Source: Mobula hypostoma
Taxonomy: Eukaryota
Direction: 5' to 3'
NCBI RefSeq assembly: GCF_963921235.1
Contig: NC_086097.1
Location: forward strand, 142,726,001-142,790,000
Length of the DNA: 64,000 bases
In this document: positions 37,532 to 50,025 of the stretch, piece after piece
Numbering within the stretch: position 1 is the stretch's first letter
Layout: each line of letters starts with the position of its first letter
Program-made: the position numbers and the translations under genes
The notes under the pieces: model-generated
Databases searched by the model: none
What the model saw: only the letters and a program-made list of their open reading frames with translations
What the model was told of the DNA's origin: nothing

Positions 37532-37572
37532 AATCTTCGTGACTTGCACAGATTATTATTTAAAATTTATCC
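37532..37572 (-). other. Candidate 41-nt exon with stops in all three frames
   Basis: Acceptor tgctttcttgtgatatag| and donor TT|gtgagt. Confidence 0.4.
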
Positions 37573-38742
37573 CTATATCACAAGAAAGCATTAAATAGGT
37601 GGAATGTCAATGACAGTTTTGCTAGACATTAAATGGAAGCCCCATTTCTTCCTGGTGATAAAGGTCACAGTAGGATGCAGAATACTGGATAGTTTGAGGA
37701 AAAACTAGAGCAACCACAAGAAAGAAAGTTTTCAGTCAGTCAGGAAAGAAGCAGACAACTTCAGATCAAAGACTATGTTCTAGAAAGATGTTTATTTCAG
37801 ATCCTTAGCATCTGATTTAATTTGCTTTGCAAAAACCAGCTTCAGGAAAAGGCATCAGATGGTTTTAAGTCTGTAACTGCTTTTCTTAGTGACTAACAGA
37901 GGAGCCTTAGGTCCTACACCACCAGTTCAGTTACAGTGGTTACCCCTCAACCATCAGGCTCTTGAACCAGAGTGGATAACTTCACTCAGCCCAACAATGA
38001 ACTGATTCCATAACCTACAGTATGGACTCACTTTCAACCTATGTACTCACATTCAAGGACTCTACAACATATGATCTCAATATTTATTACTTATTTGATA
38101 TTATTGCTTTTTTTCCCTTTTTTGTGTTTGCATGTTTGTTGTCTTTTATACATAGGTTGTTTCTCAATCTTTGTTATGTGCAGTTTTTCATTCATTCTAT
38201 AGTGTTTTTTGTACTTACTGTGAATGCCCACAAAAAATTAATCTCATGGTAGTACATGGTAACATATACGTACTTTGAAAATAAACTTACTTTGAACTTT
38301 GAGAAGCAAATCCTTCTTTACTTGTTGGCCTGTCTACAAATTTAGTCCCATATGACAGTAACGCACAGGACAGACCCTTTTTCTTGTACACAATTTGTAT
38401 CCCTCCATTCATGAGTCTAACTAAAGCCTTCTTAAATGCCAATGCTTCCACCACTACCTCTGGCAACTCACTCTCTGTACAAAAACTTGTCATGGTCACC
38501 TCCCCTCTTACTTTAAAAGCATGTATTTTAGTATTTGATATTTCTACCCTGGGAAATAGATTCTGACTGTCTACGCCTCTCACAATTTTATAAATATTGA
38601 TCAGGTTTCCCTTCATTCTCCAACACTCCAAAGAAAACTACCTGAGTTTGTCCAACTTCTTATAGCCCATACCCGCTAATCCAGGCAGCATCTTAGTTAA
38701 CTTCTGTACCCTCTCCAAAGCCTCCACATCCCTCTGGCAATG

Positions 38743-39246
38743 CACACACCAGCTGTGTGGCAAAAAAAAGCACAACAGCGTCCCTTCCATTTCAGGCAAC
38801 TGAAGAAGTTCGGCATGAGTCCCCAAATCCTCAAGAACTTCTACAGGGGCACCATTGAGAGCACTCTGACTGGCTGTATCACTGCCTGGTACGGGAACTG
38901 CACCAATCTTGATCGCTGTGCACCGCGGAGAGTGGTACAGACAGCCCAGCGCATCTGTGGATGTGAACTTCCCTCCACTGAGGACATTTACAGCAGCGGG
39001 TGCATAAATGAGGCCTGGAAGATCATCAAGGACACCAATCACCACAACCATAAACTGTTTCAGTTGCTTCTGTCTGGCAAATGGTACCGCAGTATTCAAG
39101 CCAAGACTAACAGGCTATGGGACAGCTTCTTTCTATAAGCCATTAGACTTATAAATTCATATGTCTGTACATTGTGACAGAGTCGTAATGCAAAGATTTT
39201 TACTCCCTCACGTTGTGGGATGGATGTAAGATTTAAATAAATTCAA
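38743..39246 (+). mobile_element. Rex1-type LINE 3' fragment
   Basis: KKAQQR..LKKFGMSPQILKNFYRGTIES..DSFF. Confidence 0.88.
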
Positions 39247-39304
39247 ATGCGGTGACCAGAACTGTACACAATACTCAAAGTGAAGCCTAACCAAAGTCTT
39301 AGAC

Positions 39305-39495
39305 CAGGGGTCAGCAACCTTTTTGCCTCTGTGGGCCGGATCACGTATTAATGAGCGGATGGTGGGCCAGATAAATGCCATAAAAAACTCGAAATATGGG
39401 AATTATCCATTTAAATAAATCTAGTTATGTTTTGCCTCAAATTAATGAATAACACATGCTAGAAAATCATTTGTGCTGAAGGTTGCCTACCACTG
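39305..39495. mobile_element. hAT MITE (191 bp)
   Basis: TIRs CAGGGGTCAGCAACCT / AGGTTGCCTACCACTG; 8-bp TSD TCTTAGAC on both sides. Confidence 0.92.
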
Positions 39496-40372
39496 TCTTA
39501 GACAGTTGCAACATGGTTTCCTTACTCTTATATTCAATGTCTTGGCTGATGGTGCAAATCATGTTATTATGATTTCTTTACAACCCCACCTACCCTTGTG
39601 GGACTACTGACTCTATCCCTCTATATATCAAAGTAAGTCCCATACATTTAGGATTAACTACTCTTGTGGAGTTATTTATCAAGCCACTAAATTATACAAA
39701 AACACTAAAGTCAACATGAAGAAGCACCTTCACGACATAGTGTTTGTCTTATTCTTAGGGATCTGCAGTGATACACATGTTCATAAAGTTAAAGTCCAAA
39801 AGATTCCCCTGCATTGTTCAAAGGAGGGAAGAAAATCCTTCCGATTCTAACCTGTGCTAAAAAACGGTGAGACCCCTAATCAATTATGCTCAAAAAAGTC
39901 TAACTGGTCATTCACCTCATTGTGTGATCTTACTGTGTGGAAATTACTGACTATGAAAAGCTGGCTTGATTTTAACATGATACACAAATTCTCAATAGGC
40001 TAGTGTGCAGGAAAGTTTAACAGAATGTTATTGTTTATTTCTCAAGAAACTGATTACAAAGGTAGGAAGATTACACTACAATTAGAGAGTACTGTTAAAT
40101 TCACACCCAGAGTATTGTGTGCAGTATTGATCCTATTTAAGGATGTTAAGGCATTGAAAACATTCACAGATTTGTTAATCTGGAATGGGTGGGTTGAATT
40201 TTGAAGGAAAATTAAACAGGTTTAGTTGGCCTTCAGAATTGTGGGAAGCCACCACATTAGACCCAGAGGTGGATGTGGTGATGATGTTTTCTCTTGGGGG
40301 TGGGGGAGGGGGGAGGTGAATCAACAACTAAGGAGTCACTGTTAAAGGTAAGAGCATCACCCACTTAAAGCA

Positions 40373-40561
40373 AACAATAGGAATTCTGCAGATGCTGGAA
40401 ATTCAAGCAACACACATAAAAGTTGCTGGTGAATGCAGCAGGCCAGGCAGCATCTCTAGGAAGAGGTGCAGTCGACGTTTCTCGGCCTGAAACGTCGACT
40501 GCACCGCTTCCTAGAGATGCTGCCTGGCCTGCTGCGTTCACCAGCAACTTTTATGTGTGTT
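40373..40561. mobile_element. Penelope terminal-repeat palindromic insertion
   Basis: 36-nt tail plus 73-bp inverted arms (40409-40481 / 40489-40561, 2 mismatches). 14-bp TSD ACCCACTTAAAGCA. Sits in an old CR1 fragment. Confidence 0.93.
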
Positions 40562-42342
40562 ACCCACTTAAAGCAGATGTGCCAAAATTATTTCTCTCAG
40601 AGTTGTCAATACTTGTATCTCCTTCCCCAGGAGTAGGGTGGAAGCAAAGTCTTTGAATATTTTGAGGCAGAGGTAGATGGGTCCTTGATAAGCAAGGGGT
40701 GAAGGTTACCAGAGATAAGCAGGAATGTGGAGCTGGGGTACAATAAGATCAGTTGCAATCTTATTAAATGCTGCTGCAAGCTTGAGCGGCTGATTAACCT
40801 TTAACTTTTTCTAATTTGCATGCAAGCATGTATTTGTACATGTTTTTTATACCACATTAGGACATCCTTGGTATTGTTTACTGCTGGCTGTGCTTAACAG
40901 AATGATGATGATGTTTAACTACCCACAGAATCTGAACACCTCCCTTAATTACTCCTACTTCTGACTAATTGTACTACATAGTTCCCACCTTTTTTAAGAA
41001 TCAGAAAGTTGAATATTGAGGGTCTGTTCTAGGGAGTAGACCATATGCAGATCACTGCACTCTGGTGCAGTGGGAGCAGTATACTCCTAGAAGTACTATA
41101 CTTTAAAATATAAAATATAAGGAGGCATAGTAAGCTGAAACAGTTGGACGAGGAGTGGACTCCCTGCTTTCTTCCCATCATCACTTTCATAGCTTTGATC
41201 ATTCACATCACTGCTGTCTATGAAACCTCAATAGCAAAAGCTGGCTGTTGTTTCCAATACTACAATAATGACCATACATCAAAATTCTTATTGGATTCTT
41301 ATTCCAGTGTATTTATAATGTACAAATTCTTTATTTCCACCACACCGGAACCCAAGCCCACACATTGACAACTGCCAAACATGAGTGACGTGACAAACAC
41401 AACTCAGTATCTTTATGTTTATTCATTAATGAGACATGGCCACTGCTAGTAATGGTAGCAATTTGGCATTAAGGTGGTGGTACTGGGTTACCTTCAACTA
41501 CTACAGTCCAAGTATATGTTCTACGGGTGTACTGTTATATAAAAAGTAGCTGAAGAAATGCTGAGAAATTTACAGGCCACAATGATATATGGCCTAGAGG
41601 GCAACCTGCAGCTGTGTCCCCATCAAATTATTTCCGTGTGCACAGAATGGCTGTAGCCAGTGTCGCCATCCATTCTATTTTTTTCTAAAATGCTGCTTTG
41701 ATGTCAGAATCAGATCAGACACTCCCAACTCACCTTCGAATTTCAGCCCTGCTGTCTGTCCATCTTTGGATAAAGATTGCATTGCGGCTTGGAGGCAAGT
41801 GGTCCAGGTGGAGACCAAAGAGAGGTTTGGTGAACGAGTTACGGGTTTAGGAACAATTTAAGAGCACTAACATTGACATCTCCCATCATAATGCTGGTAA
41901 TTCAGAGAAGAGCAGTTGTATAGTAACTCCACAGCTTGGACTTGTCTTGCTTTCTATGGACAGGTCACATATGGCCAATTTTCACATTTCTGGGTAATAA
42001 GCTGTTACAGCCAACACGCAGATAGTGTGCCAGAATGTCTTTATAAGTACAGCCAGGTTGCTGAAGCTTAAACGTTTGGGCTATTTCTTGATATTATACA
42101 CCACGAGTGGCTTTGACGATGGTGGGGATGTCAGTAGATGATCAGCCACTCAGCATTTCTGGGGGACCACAGCTGCAAAAATTTCAACACTGTCTTTTAC
42201 AGTCAAGTGTAAGACTCCACCATCTTTGAGGCGAGAATGCTGAAGGATCCTCCTCCTTCCATTAACTGTTATACCGCTCCACTGGCATTCATGGCTGGAT
42301 GTGGCAGAAGTGCAGGATTGCTGAACTGCTGTCGTGGGATCA

Positions 42343-42475
42343 TAAACACAAGAGATTCTGCAGATGCTGGAAATCCAGAGTAACACACACAAAATGCTGG
42401 AGGAACTCAGCAGGTCAGGCAGCATCTAAAGAGAGGATTAAAGAACCGACGTTTCAGGCTGAGACCCTTCATCAG
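42343..42475 (-). mobile_element. Penelope terminal-repeat insertion beginning at the hammerhead core
   Basis: Minus: CTGATGA AGGgtctcagCCT GAAACGTC...tail. 13-bp TSD TGTC(G/A)TGGGATCA. Confidence 0.88.
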
Positions 42476-42810
42476 TGTCATGGGATCACTTAACACTCTA
42501 TAAAGCACTGTATCTGGTGTTTTCAAGGATGCTGCTGATTATTGCTACTTTACAAGCAATGCTTAACTTAAGTACATCTGATGGTAGATTTTGCTATAGT
42601 CATTTACACAGTATTGTTGATTCCTTGGCTTGATGACAATGGCATAAAAGGAAACACCGGGCCATGGAGTAGTGGATCTTGGTGGCATACAGATCTACGG
42701 CTGCTGATAGCCCATAATGTAACATGAATATGCAGCTTTGAGCTGACTGACATGTTCTAATGTTATTGCATTTAGCACCAGGGCGCTGCCACTCTTTGCC
42801 TCCAGACGGT

Positions 42811-43602
42811 AGGAAACTTTGTCACATGGTGTGAGCAGAATTATCTGCAGCTTAATGTGAAAAAGACTAAGGAGCTGATGGTAGACCTGAGGAGAGCTAA
42901 GGTACCGGTGACCCCTGTTTCCATCCAGGGGGTCAGTGTGGACATGGTGGAGGATTACAAATACCCAGGGATACGAATTGACAATAAACTGGACTGGTCA
43001 AAGAACAGTGAGGCTGTCGACAAGAAGGGTCAGAGCCGTCTCTATTTCCTGAGGAAAATGAGGTCCTTTAACATCTGCCGGACAATGCTGAGGATGTTCT
43101 ACGAGTCTGTGGTGGCCAGTGCTATCATGTTTGCTATCAGTGTGCTGGGGCAGCAGGCTGAGGGAGGCAGACACCAACAGAATCAACAAACTCATTTGCA
43201 AGGCCAGTGATGTTGTAGGGATGGAACTGGACTCTCTCATGGTGGTGTCTGAAAAGAGGATGCTGTCTAAGTTGCATGCCACCTTGGTCAATGTCTCCCA
43301 TCCACTACATAATGACTGGGTGGGCACAGGAGTACATTCAGCCAGAGACTCATTCCACTGAGATGCAGCCCTGAGCGTCATAGGAAGTCATTCCCGCCTG
43401 TGGCCATCAAACTTTACAACTCCTCCCTTGGAGGGTCAGACATCCTGAGCCAATAGGCTGGTCCCGGATTTATTTCATAATTTACTGGCATAATTTACAT
43501 ATTACTATTTAACTATTTATGGTTCTATTACTATTTATTACTTATGGAGCAACTGTAACGAAAACCAATTTCCCCCGGGATTAATAAAGTATGACTATGA
43601 CA
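42811..43602 (+). mobile_element. Rex1-type LINE 3' fragment
   Basis: LNVKKTKELMVDLRR..KKGQSRLYFLR; tail aataaagtatgactatgac. Confidence 0.9.
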
Positions 43603-45818
43603 AACCTTGCAGTGATCGCTCCTAACAAATCTGTTACAACAGATGAATCTACGATAAATAGATTGAGCCAGACAGATTGATGAGGAGAAGGACAAGTAGG
43701 ATTTTACCCCTTGTGTTGGTTCTTTAACCACCTGCCCAACCCCAATTTGCACTTTTCACTTTGTCTCTTTCCCAAAGATAACCTCAGTGACTCCTGTAGG
43801 GAATGAGGAGAGAGAAAAAAGACAACTTGTGTTTATCTCATCACCATCATTCCTCTGTTATGTCCATCTCATACAAGTTATTTGCCTAGACATAATCTGT
43901 CCATTTCTGCAGTGGAGAATTCACTATTACGTAGAAAGATACAATGACTGACCAGGTACCAAATGCTAACAGGGAAACATCACTGATGTGACCAGTATTT
44001 GATGCTTAGTTAATTTTCCTGTGTGTGGTAGATCATTTCAGAGGCGATTTGATAAACATAATGACCACTCGTTCTGATGTTACGTCTGAATTTTAAAAAA
44101 CTTGGTTCAAATTCTCAAACCGCCACAGCAGTATCTGAACTCTAGAGACTCTATACTTCTAGTGCAGTAAATTAACTGTCCTGAAAACCGGGCTATGTAT
44201 TTGAGTGCACAGATAGCACCTCATTTTAGATAAGATGTTAACCTATGATGCCTATGACAGTGTAGCACTTCCCTAGAGCTGTACTTGTCAGCCCAGACTG
44301 CATCCTTGACTAAGGCTTAAATTTGCAAACTACAACTCACTTAATATAATTTTAACAAAACAAAGGCAGTTATTTATTTATTGAGATGCAGCTCGTAGCC
44401 ATGTAGCCCTGCAATCCAGCAATTTAATGCTAGACTAATTACAGGACAATTTACAATGACCAATTAACCTACCGACTGCATGTCTTTGGTCTGTGGAGGA
44501 AAATGGAGCACCTGGCGGAAACCCACGTGGTTATGGGGAGAACGTACAAACTCCTTACAGGCAGTTATACTGGAAATTGCAGAACTTATTAGATACATTC
44601 TTAGATACAGAAAACTTGGTAGTTTTCCACAAATTTCATGACTTTCAGAGGCAGCTCAGGTCAAAAGCATCTTTATTACAGAATGGTATTTTTTTGGGAA
44701 AAAAAAACTCAAGGAATTCAAAAACTAGATAGAAACTATTTCCTCTAGAAAAAGAGGTATAATCTTACAAATAGGTTAAGCTCTTCACAAGTAAGTCCAT
44801 GCAAGAAAAAAAAATTGGAATTCTTCTTCCTCAGAAAGTTTCAATTAAAATTCTTGAACTTTGAGATCGATAATATTTTGCTGGGCAAGGATATGGATCA
44901 AAGTTGATTACACAGAGGAGGTATAAATTTGAACAGAACAGGTCTGAGTTACCAAATCTACTTCTTTTAAATTATCTGTTAAACACTGAACTATATTGAA
45001 TTACAGCTCTGTCAATAGGGATTAAACCAATTAAAATTAGCATTTGGGATATGGAGGATGCTGACAAGTTTAGCATGCATTTCCCACTCCTGGTGCCAAG
45101 GTGGTCATGCATCCTCTCAGATAGGATGGAGATACATACCAGTCAGGCTGCAATGGAAAGATGGAATAGGCCAGAGGAGCTGACTGAACTATTCCCCTTC
45201 CTACAAAAGATCAGTGTTATTTCTGACCTCTAAATATAACTGACCACTTCATATTCTAAACAGATGATGTACCACAAGTACTACACCTAAGGGACAGAGC
45301 CAGCTATGTATCCACAACATTTCAACTGCAGAACACTATCAGGTACCAAATGTATGTCAGCTCTCACAGCGTCACAATTATAATGCAGAAGATGCAGTAC
45401 ATTAGGTTCTGCATCTCTGATAACTTTGGGTAGGTGGAGCCTTTGTAGTAGGAACATTAGACTGCTTGGTTTTAATAGTCCCAGATTTGCATGAGTGAAG
45501 TGGAAGAAAATAAATTAACAAACTTAAAGACTCCCATTCTTGGATCATGATCCTATGAAAAATTTGCTCGTGTGGATGTTGGATGAGGACAGGAATGGCT
45601 GCACCCCAGAAAGCTCCTACAGTAGAATTGTCTATCAATACTCTCTAATCTTTCAAATGAAAAATGGATATCAACATTCAATTCTGCATTATCACTCTAG
45701 GCTATCTGCCCCTTGTCAAGTTGCTTCTGATGTGCTCAAGAGTGAAGCACTTGAGAATTCTTACTTTCTTCTTCTTACTTTTTAATTTACATTATTTTTT
45801 GTATTTTTTTTCTCACCG

Positions 45819-46538
45819 TAACACGTCAAAGCTGCACCCTCTCGAACATGCTGGTAGAGAGTTTTATTTGGGTCTTTTTTAGTGCTGGAAATAAGATACA
45901 CCCCGACACGCGGGACAGAAGCAAGGTCGCATTGTGTATTCCAGAAACCAGCTAATGCCGGCTGGTTTAGCGAGCAGAGTAGCGGACACCCCTGCTGAAA
46001 TCCAGAGGAAAACACACAGAGCATGCAGAGGGGGATCACAAAGTCGAGGAAAGAGGACCGGGTCGAGACAACAGAGACTTTTGGAGAAGAGGAGTTCAGT
46101 GGGTAATACTGTTCCAGCTGACCGGAAGTGCACTGACAGCGGTAAGCATAAAGGAGTTGGGTGCTTACTGATCTGGTTAACAATGAATGGTGCAATCCGG
46201 GGCATATTACGATTGAGGAATGCGTTTGCAGACTGGATATTGAACTTTTTACTGTTGGACTTCGGCCACATTTCACTGTGATACAACACTTGGTGGCATG
46301 GGAGGTCATTCCTGCCTGTGGCCATCGAACGTGCAGCTCCTCCCTTGGAGGGTCAGACACTCTGAGCCAATAGACTGGTCCTGGACTTATTTTCCATCTG
46401 GCATAGTTTGCATTTTGTTGTTTGATTGTTGGTGGTTTTGTATTGCTATATTTACGCTCTATTCTTGGTTGGTGCGGCTGTAACGAAACTAAATTTCCCT
46501 TGGGATTAATAAAGTATGTCTATCTATCTAGCTATCTA
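45819..46538 (+). mobile_element. Internally deleted Rex1-type LINE (5' end fused to 3' end)
   Basis: 5' part: RACRGGS, ADRKCTDSGKHKG..WCNPGHITIEECVC..DIELFTVGLRP (endonuclease-like). It joins at ~46280 to a 3' end matching the 43380-43600 type, with a (TATC)n tail. Confidence 0.75.
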
Positions 46539-46859
46539 ATTCCCATTGCCAACAGAAATAAAGATGTTTAACAAAGTCAACTTCGTGGGGATTTCACTTC
46601 AAGTAAATGAATGGGATTTCAATCTGAAAACCACAAATATACAAGGCAAGTGAAAATACTAACTCAAATTAAAGTACTTATGATGCTATTTTGAAGAGGG
46701 AAATATTCTAGAAAATAATTTTTACCTCAACCAGAATCACAAAACACAGTTCAGTTAGTCAATTGGAAACACACAGACTGAACGTGTTGTAATCTTGAGG
46801 AAAAAGTAAAACTGCTGGAGCATCTCAGTAGGTCAGGCAACACCTGTCCAAATGGGAAT

Positions 46860-48495
46860 GATTGATGTTAGACTGACACCCCCTGGTCTGATGCCCTGTG
46901 ATTTCAGTCTCTAAGGCCAATGTGAGAGCATTCTTCAGGAGGGTGAATCCATGGAAAGCATCTAGCCTCTACGGCACATCTGGCTAAGTACAGCAGACTC
47001 GTGCTAATCACCTGGCTGGAGTGCTTATGGACATCTTCAAACTTTTGCTTCAGCATTGAGGTACCCAGCTGCTTCAAGCAGGCTTCAATCATACTGGTGT
47101 CCAAGGGGGAAAAAACATGGTAATCTGCCTCAATAACCATCATGCAGCAGCAATTACATCTTTGAGAGGCTGGTCTTGAAGCATATCAACTCCTGCTTGA
47201 GGAGTCACCTGGATCCACTCCAATTTGCCTACTGTCACAACAGGTCAACATCTATTGCCATTTCACAGGCTCTTCACTCAGCTCTGGAACACATGGACTG
47301 TGAAGATGCATGCATTAAGATGTTCTTCATTGAGTACACTGCAGCTCAGCATTAACACTATCATCCCCTCGAAACTAACCAATGAACCCTAAGACCTGGA
47401 TCTCTATATCTCCCTGTGCACTGGATTCACGAGTTCCTGACTTGTAGACCTCATTCAGTACAGACAGGCAACAACATCTCCTCCACAATTATTATTTGCA
47501 TGGGTGCACCACAAGGCTGTATGCATAGCCCCTGCTCTACTCGCTTTATACATATGACTGTGTGGCTAAGTACAGCTCCAATGCCATATTTAAATTTGCT
47601 GATGACCCTCCTCTTATTGGCTGAATCAAAAGTGATGATGAATCAGCACATAGGGAGGGAGATTGAAAATCTGGATGAATGATGTCACAGCAACAACCTG
47701 TCACTCAATGTCAGCAAAACCAAAGAGCTGATTATTGACTACAGGAGGAAAAAGGCACAGGTCCATGAGTCAGTCCTCAATCTAGTGAATCAGAGGTGGA
47801 GAGGCTCAACAACTTTAAATTCCTCGGTGTTACCATATCAGAGGATCTGTCCTGGGACCAGCATGTAAATGCCATCACAAAGAAGGCATGACAGCACCGC
47901 TACTTTCTTAGACATTTGCATAGATTTGGCATGTTATCTAACACGCTGACCAACTTCTATAGATACACAATGCAGTCCTGACTGGTTGCGTCACAGCCTG
48001 GTATGGGAACACCAGTGCCCAGGGATGGAGAATTCTACAGACAGTGATCACAGGCAAAGCCCTCCCTACCACTGAGCACATTTACAAGGAATGCTGCCGT
48101 AAGAAAACAGCAACCAGCATGAAGACCCCATCAGCCAAGCCACACTCTCTTCACTACTAGCATCAAGAGGACGTACAGGAGCCTTAGGTCCCACATCACC
48201 ACGTTCAGCAACAGTTTTTACCCATCAGGCTGTTGAACAAGCTTGGATAACTTCACTCTCCTCAACTCTGAACTGATTCCACAACCTACAGGCTCACATT
48301 CAAAGACTCTACGATATATGTTCTCGTATAAATTTATTTTTTATTTGCGTAATTTATCTTCTTTTGCACGTTGGTTGTTTGTCACTCTCTATGTAATTTT
48401 TCATAAATTATGTCTTTATTTTATGCAAATGTCAGCAGGAAAATGAATCTCAAGGTAGTATATGATGATATATACATACTTTGATAATAAATTTA
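46860..48495 (+). mobile_element. Rex1-type LINE, decayed
   Basis: [19 protein letters not shown] and NNLSLNVSKTKELI pieces; tail tttgataataaa. Confidence 0.88.
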
Positions 48496-48499
48496 TGTC

Positions 48500-48600
48500 A
48501 CCAGACCTGATAAAGGATCTTGTTCTGAAACAGTGACTGCCTATTTATTTCCATAGATGCTGCCTGACCTTCCGAGTTCTTCCAGCGTTTTGTGTGTGTT
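48500..48600 (+). mobile_element. Degenerate Penelope terminal repeat without tail
   Basis: cctgataaaggatcttgttctgaaacagtgactg...ccagcgttttgtgtgtgtt. Confidence 0.7.
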
Positions 48601-49649
48601 ACATAAATGTTGTCTCATTTACCTTTTCTCCTCAGGGGATCTCCTTCACTTCCCAACAGGTTCCAGATGACCACAGGATAACATGGTTTAGTGAATGGCA
48701 GAAGTCAAACTGGCAAACCTCAAAAAATTTGATTCCAGTTCTTGACTCGAGCCAAAAGGCAACTGACCCGAATGTCATTCAACAGAAAAAAAAACAAACG
48801 GCAGTGATTTAGGAAATAACTCAACTGGCGCTTCTGCACCATTTTGTTTAATCATGTGGAAATCACCAACAAGGCTGGCACTTACTGCCCCCCCCCCTTT
48901 TATGGGGGTGGCAGGCTGCTTCCTTGAGCAACTGCAATCCATGTTTGCAGTAACTGATACAACTAAATGGCTGCAGAGAACATTTAAGAGTTGGATGGGA
49001 TTGGAGTCAAATATGGGTCAAAACTGATATCCTTTGGGAAAGAAGCTTTCCACTGGTTACCATCCAACTGTGTAATAGACAAACCAGTAACGTTATATGT
49101 TTTATTTCTGGGATGTATAAAACAAATGAAAGTCTTTAACTCACAAATTATTAGTTCAAACTTCAGAGTTGGTAATCTGGTAACAAAGATGGGCTTATGG
49201 TTTCTGGTCCCTCCTTTTTTTGGCTGCTTTGAATCAAACGGCTTGCAAATAATGAGCACCTAGCTGAACTGAATAAGCCCGGTCCTTTTCGATTTTTTGT
49301 TTTATATTCAGCATTTTTTTGGCTCTTTTTTTTTGCCGCTGTTTGCGCAATGCTTTTTTGCGTGGGGGGATGTTTGATGGTTTTCTTTGTTTCATGGCTG
49401 TCCGTGGGAAACACAATCTCAGGGTTGTATACTGCATATATACTTTGATAATAAATGTACTTCGAATCTTTGAAGATACAACTTCATCAATAATCAATAC
49501 TAGGCTACTAGAGATGAAAATGGCAAGCTTGGAGGCGCAGAAAAGGATTAGATGAGCATTAAACTTAGCTGGGTTACTCTTTATGGTACAATAATCACCA
49601 TCTTAGCTCACACATTAATGGTAAAAAGATACTGTGGGAAGTCTATTCA

Positions 49650-50025
49650 GTCTGTAGTCCCATCATTTAGTTGAGGCATTAAACTAAATCTCTCTCAGGT
49701 GGTTGCAAAAGATCCTTTTTCAAGCAGAAGTTCATTACCCAGGTCAATAGTTTTCTTTAAAACAATCAAAAATAGATGCAAACAACAGGAATTCTGCAGA
49801 TGCTGGAAATTCAAGCAACACACATAAAAGTTGCTGCGTTCACCAGCAACTATTATGTGTGTTAATCAAAAATAGATTATTTGTTTATTTATTTCAGTGT
49901 TGCGAAAATTTGATGTGTGCAAATTACCTGCCGCATTACCTTATGATATAACCATAATTAAATCTTGAAACTAATATGTATGAAGTACTTTAGTGAGGGA
50001 GTACACTATATAAATTCACGTTTGT
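49650..50025 (+). mobile_element. Ancient Deu-domain SINE (SacSINE1/AmnSINE-like); further copies at ~13100, 20320, 26960, 61340 and 62110
   Basis: ctctcaggtggttgcaaaagatcc..agattatttgttt..tgtgtgcaaattacctgccgc..gaagtacttt..ctatataaat matches the remembered Deu-SINE layout. Confidence 0.6.
49778..49863. mobile_element. Minimal (86 bp) Penelope tail + palindrome insertion
   Basis: Tail plus aacacacataaaagttgctg / cagcaactattatgtgtgtt arms; 14-bp TSD AATCAAAAATAGAT. Confidence 0.9.

Larger units (their letters stand above)
38330..39600 (-). mobile_element. CR1 LINE fragment hosting nested Rex1 and hAT insertions
   Basis: RDVEALERVQK..MLPGL on minus. CR1 sequence resumes at ~39247 and again after 39503. 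Confidence 0.8.

Noticed and set aside
41120..41180. CTCCTCGT on the minus strand as an HDV-like ribozyme loop
   Set aside because: P3 and P1 pairings could not be formed.
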